Source: a virus
Direction: 5' to 3' (one strand)
Length of the DNA: 64,000 nucleotides
Virus record (IMG/VR): IMGVR_UViG_3300038696_000205
Span: 55,323-119,322 of that record
A program made the translations under genes and the position numbers. Every line of letters begins with the position of its first letter. Position 1 is the stretch's first letter. Shown here piece after piece: positions 49,780 through 57,622 of this stretch. Below the pieces are notes generated by a model, which was not told the origin of the DNA, searched no databases, and saw nothing but the letters and a program-made list of their open reading frames with translations.

Positions 49780-49866
49780 CACGGAACAATCAGATTCGAA
49801 CTGACATCTTAGCCATAGCTAAAAGCTTCGATTCATTTATAGCTATACCAATGAATCATATTCCGT
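49780..49866 (-). ncRNA. tRNA-like RNA with extended D-stem
   Basis: Acceptor ACGGAAT/GTTCCGT, GATTCAT/ATGAATC 7-bp D-stem, canonical T-arm. Confidence 0.45.
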
Positions 49867-49879
49867 ATTTTGATAATCA

Positions 49880-49996
49880 GAATGGACTATTACGGGCTCT
49901 ATCCAGTTGAGCTATAAGGTAGTCAAACTACCCTAGTAGGATTCGAACCTACAACCACGAGCTTACAAGGCTTAGTTTTTATTGCTGGAGCCATTC
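49880..49996 (-). tRNA. circularly permuted tRNA gene (anticodon TGT, Arg-like body)
   Basis: 3' half 49928-49972 precedes 5' half 49893-49921; 6-nt linker; enclosing stem GAATGG/CCATTC with CAGCAA. Confidence 0.7.
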
Positions 49997-50029
49997 TTTA
50001 ATATCATCAATATGTCAATAATTAATTAC

Positions 50030-50283
50030 AGATTCAACGTGAATTAGATTTAGACAAAATCAACACCACATGATACGGTCTCCGTACATTACATTTTTTA
50101 GGGCCGAGCGTCTAACCTCGTTTAACCAACCCACATATGTAACACTGGGAACTTCATACTTTCGTAACGCCTAGGGGCCTTACCTACCACCGAACTAAAT
50201 CGGTTAATACAAATATCGCTCGAACGCTTTCACGTTTGTTACTACCTTAGGACCATTTTTCAGTTTATTGCTGAAATGAATCT
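50030..50283 (-). ncRNA. ~250-nt structured RNA in a stem+CAGCAA module
   Basis: AGATTCA-TTT-CAGCAA ... TGAATCT; internal GNRA-capped hairpins. Confidence 0.55.
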
Positions 50284-50553
50284 TTAAATTAATTTTGTAA
50301 AACTATCGGTAGTGTTTTCTCTTAGTCCAAATCGGATATCGATAATTTTACATTGCAAATATACTACTTATTTTTCAATACTGCAAGCTTTTTTAAAAAA
50401 ATATTAATATTAGTTGTAAATTTTATCCTTGCCTCTCCTTATTAGGACACCCCACATAATAGTGAGTTTAGCTAATATATCATCAATTCCGTGGGGAAGG
50501 CTTTTACAATTAAGTTTAACCCTATTATACCAACACTAATATAAATATTTTTG

Positions 50554-50733
50554 AGCCAGCGGTAGGTACTCGAACCCTTAAAACCTATGCTTGTGTTTAT
50601 AACCACTAAGCTACCTAACTTCGGTGTAGACTTACAATTCCATTATTCTTTTTAATAACTAGAATATTTCAAATGACACTCATGAATATCAAGGGATATC
50701 TAGATTAAAAACCATCTACTTTTGACCGCTGGC
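50554..50733 (-). ncRNA. 180-nt RNA with tRNA-like acceptor and T-arm
   Basis: GCCAGCGG/CCGCTGGC 8-bp stem, GGG-TTCGAGT-ACCT. Confidence 0.5.
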
Positions 50734-50741
50734 ATATTAAT

Positions 50742-51275
50742 TTAATTCTTATTCAAAATTACATTACTAAATGTTGAATCAATCTGCATTTGCTTGATTA
50801 ATTCATCGGCTGTCATTTCTTTAGCTCTATCCAATATTTTTTGTTTACTATCGGCAACACCCAGGTCTACTTTGGCATCTTTGGCCATTTGTCTCAACTC
50901 AATAGATACAAAATTTACCATATCCTTTGGTAGGGTCTTAGCTATAGAATCATTTGTCATAAAATTAAGTGTCTGTCCACCAGCTATAATAAGTAATGCA
51001 TCTTTTTTGTTTGGGGTAAAAATCCATAAAGTTAAAAATAATAACATGAATGGGGTTGAATACCAAGTCCACTTATTACATCTATTTAAAAAATCTTTAT
51101 GTCTTGACCCACCAGCAGTATAAAGTGATGGTGTATCTTCACCTGGTATATAACTAAAAATTCTAACTAACGTTACAATTATAAATACCAAAATAAATAT
51201 GATGGCAAACCAACCAAAGAATGTTTTTGCATTATCTGCAACCGTTAACCAATAAAAAACTTTTGTCCAATCCAT
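50742..51275 (-). CDS. hypothetical membrane protein
   Basis: Start MDWTK; two hydrophobic segments. Confidence 0.75.
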   Translation of the reverse strand: MDWTKVFYWLTVADNAKTFFGWFAIIFILVFIIVTLVRIFSYIPGEDTPSLYTAGGSRHKDFLNRCNKWTWYSTPFMLLFLTLWIFTPNKKDALLIIAGGQTLNFMTNDSIAKTLPKDMVNFVSIELRQMAKDAKVDLGVADSKQKILDRAKEMTADELIKQMQIDSTFSNVILNKN

Positions 51276-51359
51276 AGTATTATTTTTAATTATTCTACAC
51301 AACAAAGATAGTGCTTTTATATTTAGTAATCAAATATTTTTAAACTTTTTTAAAACTAT

Positions 51360-51612
51360 TTTATGGTGTAAGTATGTCTTAATCTCTAGGTAATTACTCC
51401 CGTCTTTAAACCTCTAACTTCTTGAACGAACATACAACATTAAGTTGCACCAAAAAAATAGTTAATGTAATTATTATGGGTATTTGCATTTCTACTTTGG
51501 CAAGCTAATCCTGTTTCCAGTGCTACTTAGACCCTGAGTCTTTAACCTTCATCCCACATCGTCCACACGTCTATTTCGGAAACTGGTTTCTGCGTTTCCA
51601 CGATTAACAATT
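51360..51612 (-). ncRNA. putative structured intergenic RNA
   Basis: ORF-free, GC-richer, hairpins; no family recognised. Confidence 0.3.
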
Positions 51613-51620
51613 ACAATGTT

Positions 51621-52145
51621 TTATTTACCATCAAAATTTACCAGAGTGACATAACAGTCACGCATTTCATTTTTAATGATTCCCTTTATTACCTCCCAGT
51701 CACCACCAGCTAAATCGGACCCAATTTTAGGTAAACCAAGACGACTACCCTTAAAGGTGTGATTAATTTTTCGCAGACATAAGGTCAACGCTTCATAATC
51801 GATTGGTTTATCTATACCGCTCATATGATTTCTACCGTAATGGAATTGAGAGTATGCATTAACCACATATAAACTAACTTCACTATCACGATATTCGTTA
51901 TAAGGTTGTAAAAATCCATCTTCATCAAAAAGGTAAGCTTCATAATCTATCGTACCCAATTTATTGATATCACCCTTAAATTCGTGACCCTCCATTTTAA
52001 ATTTATCACAACCAAATGCCTTTGCCATTTGTGGGGCCAAACCAGCACCCATGGTACAAAAACAATTCACCCCGTGGCATATTACATCAAATACACCTTC
52101 GTTTGCCAACGTTATTAAATTTCCAGTAACTTCTACGTATTTCAT
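51621..52145 (-). CDS. macrodomain (Appr-1''-p processing family) protein
   Basis: VTGNLI...HGVNCFCTMGAGLA...PKIGSDLAGGDW. Confidence 0.88.
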   Translation of the reverse strand: MKYVEVTGNLITLANEGVFDVICHGVNCFCTMGAGLAPQMAKAFGCDKFKMEGHEFKGDINKLGTIDYEAYLFDEDGFLQPYNEYRDSEVSLYVVNAYSQFHYGRNHMSGIDKPIDYEALTLCLRKINHTFKGSRLGLPKIGSDLAGGDWEVIKGIIKNEMRDCYVTLVNFDGK

Positions 52146-52160
52146 ATTTTTTTATAATAG

Positions 52161-52978
52161 TGATTCTAATGGGGGTCGAAAGTTATTTTTCGAAATATTT
52201 TTATATTTATTAATAAATATTAATTATGAGACCAATGTATACTGAAAATGAATTTAACTTAGCTAAACCAATTGATGAACTTCCATGTGAATGTTACAAT
52301 TGTAATAACATTTTTTATATTACAAAACACAAAATTCAAAGGTCGTTAAACAAAAATCATGTTAGCACTAGTCACTTTTGTTCTAATAAGTGTAAATTTA
52401 TAGCACAAAAAACAAAACAAAAAATAAACTGCACAAATTGTAATTTAGAATTTGAAAAATTTCCTAGTCAAATAAAAAAATCAAGCAATCATTATTGTAA
52501 TAAATCTTGTGCCGCCACCTATAACAATAAAAATAAAAAACACGGTACAAAACGCTCTAAACTTGAAATCTGGTTAGAAGAACAGTTAACAATTCTTTAC
52601 CCTAATTTAGTTATTCATTTTAATAGAAAAGATACAATCGGTTCTGAATTAGATATTTATTTCCCAACACTTAATTTAGCTATTGAACTTAATGGGATAT
52701 TCCATTATGAGCCAATATTTGGTATAGATAAATTAAGTAAAATACAAAAAAATGATAAATCTAAATCAAAAACTTGTATCGATGCAAAGATTGATTTATG
52801 TATAATCGATACATCAGCACAAAAATACTTTAAACCAAAGACATCACAAAAATATTTTGATATCATAATTAAAATTGTCAATGAACGTGTTAATATTTTA
52901 GTCACCTAAATTAGGTGTGCGATAACCACTACGTGCAAGTAGATTAACTTTGGTTATCTGATTCTAATGGGGGTCGAA
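52161..52978. mobile_element. endonuclease cassette flanked by a 20-bp direct repeat of the suppressor tRNA 3' end
   Basis: tgattctaatgggggtcgaa at 52161-52180 and 52959-52978. Confidence 0.7.
52226..52909 (+). CDS. zinc-ribbon + PD-(D/E)xK (Vsr-like) putative homing endonuclease
   Basis: CxxC repeats; ELDIYFP...AIELNGIFHY. Confidence 0.75.
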   Translation: MRPMYTENEFNLAKPIDELPCECYNCNNIFYITKHKIQRSLNKNHVSTSHFCSNKCKFIAQKTKQKINCTNCNLEFEKFPSQIKKSSNHYCNKSCAATYNNKNKKHGTKRSKLEIWLEEQLTILYPNLVIHFNRKDTIGSELDIYFPTLNLAIELNGIFHYEPIFGIDKLSKIQKNDKSKSKTCIDAKIDLCIIDTSAQKYFKPKTSQKYFDIIIKIVNERVNILVT

Positions 52979-53031
52979 CCCATAACCGTCATTTTTAGAG
53001 AATGCAGCTCTGCCAGTTGAGCTATAGAACC
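52959..53031 (-). tRNA. amber suppressor tRNA (anticodon CTA)
   Basis: Full cloverleaf; GCATT-CT-CTA-AA-AATGA; own TATATTTG promoter at ~53055. Confidence 0.85.
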
Positions 53032-53124
53032 GAATCGTCTTATCTTTATTAACAGGGCAAATATACAACTTATTATTTAAATATGCAAGAGTTAATTAAA
53101 AATAATCAAAAATTAATTTTAAAT

Positions 53125-53385
53125 CTACCGAGTTAAATCACATTCCTGTGCATCTTTACAATCCCGACATACTGAGCGTTCATCCATATGGGTGCCACGG
53201 TCACAATCACCACATAGTAAATTTTCACAACTAGAGCAACTATACTCGTGTCTATTTCCACAAGTACATTCACGCCTTTCCTCGTGCACATTTATCATTA
53301 TCGCTAACGCTTCATGTATTCTAACATCGCTTTCGTCCTTAAGGCTACTAGTTAGATACCTTATCGATTTAAGTAATTTCGTCAT
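53125..53385 (-). CDS. hypothetical Cys-rich protein
   Basis: ORF track. Confidence 0.55.
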   Translation of the reverse strand: MTKLLKSIRYLTSSLKDESDVRIHEALAIMINVHEERRECTCGNRHEYSCSSCENLLCGDCDRGTHMDERSVCRDCKDAQECDLTR

Positions 53386-53387
53386 GA

Positions 53388-53591
53388 CTAGCGATAATCT
53401 TCGTGATTACATATCCCACACCTAAAATAATCTTTGTTGTGACCATTTCCATACCACTCCATAGCATCCTCACCGCCTTCACGTTTATGTTGACAAAGAT
53501 TCTGTAACGCTTTAATGGCAGTTTCAACTAATTTAAGTTGTTTTTTTAATTCTGATTTTTGATTTAATAAATTCGTAATAGTATTTTTCAT
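53388..53591 (-). CDS. hypothetical protein
   Basis: ORF track. Confidence 0.6.
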   Translation of the reverse strand: MKNTITNLLNQKSELKKQLKLVETAIKALQNLCQHKREGGEDAMEWYGNGHNKDYFRCGICNHEDYR

Positions 53592-53607
53592 AATTGTTCT
53601 TATTTTA

Positions 53608-53946
53608 TTATTTAAAATTCTTGCTAGTTATATGAATTGCACCACATTCTGGGAGGTATTCCCCTATTAGCTCTATTTCAATTTCATCATCATCAAAGAA
53701 TAAATCAAAACCCTTTAAAAAAGAATGTTTATCGCTACCCTCGGTAAATATAACATTATTTCTGGGTATATTTAATTCATCAACAATTTTAAATAATAGT
53801 TTATTATTCCAGGATAATGTTACACTTGGGTTGGCCTGTCTGGTCGTTACTACCCACACTTCATGCCCATCAGCTATGAATTTCTTCGCAACTTTCTGAA
53901 TTCTACGTGTGGCCAGTGTGCTATCAAAATCGAAACCTACTTTCAT
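53608..53946 (-). CDS. HAD-family phosphatase
   Basis: MKVGFDFDSTL, VTTR, FFDDD. Confidence 0.75.
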   Translation of the reverse strand: MKVGFDFDSTLATRRIQKVAKKFIADGHEVWVVTTRQANPSVTLSWNNKLLFKIVDELNIPRNNVIFTEGSDKHSFLKGFDLFFDDDEIEIELIGEYLPECGAIHITSKNFK

Positions 53947-54357
53947 AATATGATTATTTAATTGATTTATCGCAAATATAGGTAAAAAAAATAAGACTAA
54001 CAAGTAAATGTCAGTCTTATTTTAATTAGGCAACGTGCCTACTCTTTGTTTTCCAAACAACCCTACTGGTTGTTGCGTGTATACTACGTCTTCTTCGGTT
54101 AGCATACTGCGTTCTTAAATTTCCTTGTAACATCTGTTCATCATTTTTATTTATTAATCATTATTTATTTACTCATTATTTATATTTCACTCAATCTATT
54201 GGTCATTACGTCCCAATTATTCTCACCATTACTAGTTACCGTAGTAAAAAGTTTTTGGGGTGTCTGTCTGACTACCGTTACTTCACTACCATTGGCGTGG
54301 TCCTTATCCAACTTAACAACTTGCCCAACATTAAATGATTTACGAAGGTTACTCATG

Positions 54358-54885
54358 TTATTTTATATATTTAGGTAAAACTTTATCCGTTAACCAAACA
54401 CCATTTTTTGATTTATAGAACTTGACCCCATCAGCATTCATGCTAGCCGAATCTATTGTTAGTATAATAGCCTTACCTCTTCTATTCGCAACTTTTGTCG
54501 CTGTTTCTATTTCATCACTTAAATGAACGTGTTGCCTATTCATTTTATTGAGGCCAACTTTTCTAATATCTATCGTAAACCTTTCAACTGTTCCATGATA
54601 TAATTCAATTGGTGGCCTTTCAGCTATTAACTTTAAATCTACCTTTAATGAATGACCCTGATTGGCCCTGATTTTGGTTATATCATCATTAAAGGCAAAT
54701 CTTTGTTTATCATTACCATCAACAATACTGATTAACTCCGTTAAATTAATATCGTTACCGTTCTCATTTAATTTGGTTAATAATATATCAACCTCGGTCC
54801 AACCATTTTTATCTAACTTAATACCAATAGTTTCTGGTTTATGCCTTAACACTAAACTTAATAATCTACTTATATTGTACCCCAT
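54358..54885 (-). CDS. kptA: RNA 2'-phosphotransferase Tpt1/KptA
   Basis: SLVLRH, KQRF, IRANQGHS, LYHGT, RQHVHLS, NGVWLT. Confidence 0.95.
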   Translation of the reverse strand: MGYNISRLLSLVLRHKPETIGIKLDKNGWTEVDILLTKLNENGNDINLTELISIVDGNDKQRFAFNDDITKIRANQGHSLKVDLKLIAERPPIELYHGTVERFTIDIRKVGLNKMNRQHVHLSDEIETATKVANRRGKAIILTIDSASMNADGVKFYKSKNGVWLTDKVLPKYIK

Positions 54886-55139
54886 TATTGAAATCTAATA
54901 GTAACACCCTTTAAAACACCACTACATATACAACCCTCGACCATGTTACCTTCTTTGTCCTTAGCTGTGAAACCAGTTGAGAAAGTATCTTCCTCACCAC
55001 AACAGAATAAGTCATAACCAGTGCTTTGTATTTCGGTAAATCCCTGATTTTCCAATATTGCCTGACCTTTATCAAAATCATTACTACTGGTACAGCTCAT
55101 TAATAAAATGGTAAGTAACGTAAACATTAATTTTTTCAT
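54885..55139 (-). CDS. putative lipoprotein
   Basis: Signal peptide ending LMSC. Confidence 0.7.
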   Translation of the reverse strand: MKKLMFTLLTILLMSCTSSNDFDKGQAILENQGFTEIQSTGYDLFCCGEEDTFSTGFTAKDKEGNMVEGCICSGVLKGVTIRFQ

Positions 55140-55203
55140 ATCTTTGTATTTTTATAATTAAATACAAAGATAATATAAATATTTCAATAAAGCAAGTATT
55201 TTT

Positions 55204-55241
55204 GAGATATAGTAGGAATCGAATCCTAATAAACCCATCTC
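55204..55241 (-). ncRNA. tRNA minihelix-like remnant (acceptor + T-arm)
   Basis: GAGATGG...TAGGA-TTCGATT-CCTA...ATATCTC. Confidence 0.35.
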
Positions 55242-55254
55242 AGTGCAAATTTTG

Positions 55255-55393
55255 TGGAGACGACAGGGTTCGAACCTGTGGCGCACCCTTCCTTCTAGGC
55301 CGCTCTACCTTAAGGTTAATTAATACCAATTTTATAGTTTTATGTACAATCATTCTATAAAATTCTCTATGCGACCCTCTGAGCTACATCTCC
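55255..55393 (-). pseudogene. tRNA-like gene with ~70-nt D-loop insertion and degenerate anticodon arm
   Basis: GGAGATG/CGTCTCC, GCTC...GAGC split by an AT-rich insert, canonical T-arm. Confidence 0.5.
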
Positions 55394-55412
55394 GTTTTTA
55401 ATCTTAATCTAG

Positions 55413-55484
55413 TAACCCCAACGGGATTCGAACCCGTGACTTCACCGTGAAAGGGTGATGACTTAACCGCTTGTCGATAGGGCT
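55413..55484 (-). tRNA. tRNA-Glu(TTC)
   Basis: TCACC-CT-TTC-AC-GGTGA. Confidence 0.92.
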
Positions 55485-55618
55485 AGTTGGGTAGAATCAT
55501 GATGCACCATGTCTACCGTGTCCAAGTTGCATGTTCTAAAACTTCACAGAACAGAGGCTTACTTGACCCAATTATTTATTATGATACAAATATAACACTT
55601 TTATTTAACCTAATTATT

Positions 55619-56251
55619 TTAAATTATTTTTCTGCCCAATCTCCAACCATCTGGTATTAAATCACCTTTCATTATCTTTTTACTCTCGATTTCATTGGTT
55701 ATCCAACATGTACCAAATTGAGAATTTATCCCCCCCTTACCTTGGCCAGTCTTGATTTTACTAATTTTTAATTTAGTTTCTTCAGAATGTTGTTTACCAG
55801 TGAAAGTATCATATTTAATTTTACCATTTTTGTGATTATCTTTCATAGTGTTAGATGATATTTTACTAATTTTAGCTCTGTGGTCCAAGTCATTTTTTAA
55901 TTTTAAAGCATTTGCTAAACCACCAGCCTTTGAACATCTAAAATGATGGTCATCTAACATGAATCCTCCCCCACCAACAACTAAATTCATACAATCAATC
56001 TTAACTACCTCATTTAGAGTGACTAATTCCTCTTCTCGTTTCTTTAATTCTTCCCTAGAAACACAATATTCAAGTATTTCTCTAATAAAATTCTCTTTAC
56101 CATGTTTTCTTACAGCTAACCTTAATCTATTTCCACTACCTAAATAACCATCATCTAAATTTGATGTACTATGCATCCCTATATAATAACGACCACTTAA
56201 TACATTTGTGGTCTTATATATGAAATGATATTTTTTTTCTTTTCTCGCCAT
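55619..56251 (-). CDS. GIY-YIG (Seg-like) homing endonuclease with NUMOD3
   Basis: FIYKTTN...YYIGMH...YLGSG; HSEETKLKIS. Confidence 0.88.
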   Translation of the reverse strand: MARKEKKYHFIYKTTNVLSGRYYIGMHSTSNLDDGYLGSGNRLRLAVRKHGKENFIREILEYCVSREELKKREEELVTLNEVVKIDCMNLVVGGGGFMLDDHHFRCSKAGGLANALKLKNDLDHRAKISKISSNTMKDNHKNGKIKYDTFTGKQHSEETKLKISKIKTGQGKGGINSQFGTCWITNEIESKKIMKGDLIPDGWRLGRKII

Positions 56252-56311
56252 ATCTATATCTTTTTAATATAAATATCCAGAAAAACGTTAAAGTACAAAA
56301 ACGTGTCCAGG

Positions 56312-56386
56312 CGGTTTAGACGGGACTCGAACCCGCAAATCTCGCACCGTGACAGGGTGGAACATACGCCAATATGCTGCTAAACC
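56312..56386 (-). tRNA. tRNA-Asp(GTC)
   Basis: CCACC-CT-GTC-AC-GGTGC, G73. Confidence 0.9.
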
Positions 56387-56414
56387 GTTTAATAGTCTTT
56401 CCTATTAGTCTTTG

Positions 56415-56487
56415 TACTCCCGAAGGGAATCGAACCCTCATTTGGTGATAGAAAGTCACCCGTACTGAGCCATTATACGACAGGAGC
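56415..56487 (-). tRNA. tRNA-Glu(TTC)
   Basis: GGTGA-CT-TTC-TA-TCACC. Confidence 0.9.
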
Positions 56488-56491
56488 AAAT

Positions 56492-56566
56492 TGGTGGGGA
56501 GAGAGGGAGTCGAACCCTCGACGCTTGCCGCTTCAAGACAACGCTCTACCACTGAGCTACCTCCCC
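56492..56566 (-). tRNA. tRNA-Phe(GAA)
   Basis: TTGTC-TT-GAA-GC-GGCAA, encoded CCA. Confidence 0.92.
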
Positions 56567-56605
56567 AATTATAATACTAACAAAATGTCAAAAAACTATT
56601 TCCAG

Positions 56606-56679
56606 TGGAGGTAAACGGTATCGAACCGTCCTCAGGTTGGTTGCAAACCAATCTCGCCTTGCCTTGGACATGTACCCCC
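56606..56679 (-). tRNA. tRNA-Ala(TGC)
   Basis: G3:U70; TTGG-TT-TGC-AA-CCAA. Confidence 0.88.
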
Positions 56680-56692
56680 AATTATTAATAAC

Positions 56693-56722
56693 AAAAAAGC
56701 CCGAATCTTTCGAGTCGGGCTT
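56693..56722 (-). terminator. attenuator terminator B
   Basis: AAGCCCGACTC-GAAA-GATTCGGGC-TTTTTT. Confidence 0.9.
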
Positions 56723-56749
56723 GCTATTTAGTTTAGTTGTTATGAACAC

Positions 56750-56839
56750 TTAACTTATATCAATACTCGACCTTCCCAGGCTAAAATCCGCCTCGGCTGC
56801 TTCTATAGCAAAATCAAATATGTTGTTAAATGTTTTCAT
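56750..56839 (-). CDS. leader peptide B (29 aa) MKTFNNIFDFAIEAAEADFSLGRSSIDIS
   Basis: Hand translation; residues 8-19 are 11/12 F/D/A/E. Confidence 0.85.
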   Translation of the reverse strand: MKTFNNIFDFAIEAAEADFSLGRSSIDIS

Positions 56840-57103
56840 AATTTCTATTATTTATTCGTTAATGGATATTAATATCCTTTTTAATTAAATATGTGCTTTT
56901 TCTTTAAAAGTACATTTATTTTTTAATACACTGCAAATATACTACATTAAAATGTAATAATCAAGCTTTTTTGAAATTATTTTTAATTTATTTCAATGCT
57001 CTAATAAGAAGTTTGGATGTTGTCCAAGTTAATTCTCCGTTTGTTTCCATTTCCACTTCGGCAGAGTCTATGATTCTATTAATTTGTTTTTCCGATAATT
57101 CCT

Positions 57104-57379
57104 TCATTTTCTGATTTTAATTTCTTTTGCATTGGTATAGTCTACGACAACTAACTCACCAGAGTTATTTACGTGTGGCTTTTGCTCCACTTCATCTAAG
57201 TTAACCTCAACACCTCTTTCATTTAAAATTTCAAGACAAACCTTTTCGATTTCAGCCTTATCACTTCTATCACACTTATTAGCGTAATCTATAATGTTAA
57301 TCAAGTGGTCACTTTCCAATTCGCTTAACGGGGCAACGTTACCTTCGTAATTCTGCCATAATGTATCTTTTGTTATCAT
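57104..57379 (-). CDS. hypothetical protein
   Basis: ORF track; promoter at ~57398. Confidence 0.65.
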   Translation of the reverse strand: MITKDTLWQNYEGNVAPLSELESDHLINIIDYANKCDRSDKAEIEKVCLEILNERGVEVNLDEVEQKPHVNNSGELVVVDYTNAKEIKIRK

Positions 57380-57622
57380 ACTATTTTATTTTATACTGCA
57401 AATATACATCAAATAAATGTAACTCACAAGTTTTTTTATTTAAAATTCTATTTTAACTGGAAATTTATCCCCATCATCACCATAATACCATGTATCAAAA
57501 CTATCAACCAACCTTGTTGCGATTTGCTCGTTGGTCCATGAGGACCTGATATCAAAACCATCGGATACTGATTCAATAAAGTTTAAATAAACGGTAAAAC
57601 CAAATAATTTTGAATAAAGTTT

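Noticed and set aside
50410-50510. Hammerhead ribozyme (TTGATGA)
   Set aside because: The core should be CUGANGA with a downstream GAAA; neither is present.
51490-51570. c-di-GMP-I riboswitch-like segment (GGGTCTAAG...TTGCC)
   Set aside because: Only partial resemblance; the GGCAAAC/GAAA P2 and GACGCAAA elements are missing.
53990-54150. Possible fourth leader-peptide attenuator (short ORFs + terminator)
   Set aside because: Several competing short frames, no clear antiterminator and no tRNA array directly downstream; the next gene has its own promoter after the terminator.
56316-56552. ORF-track proteins overlapping tRNA clusters (also 46308..46577, 49656..49910, 60579..60773, 47449..47703)
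   Set aside because: Spurious translations of tRNA or ncRNA genes.
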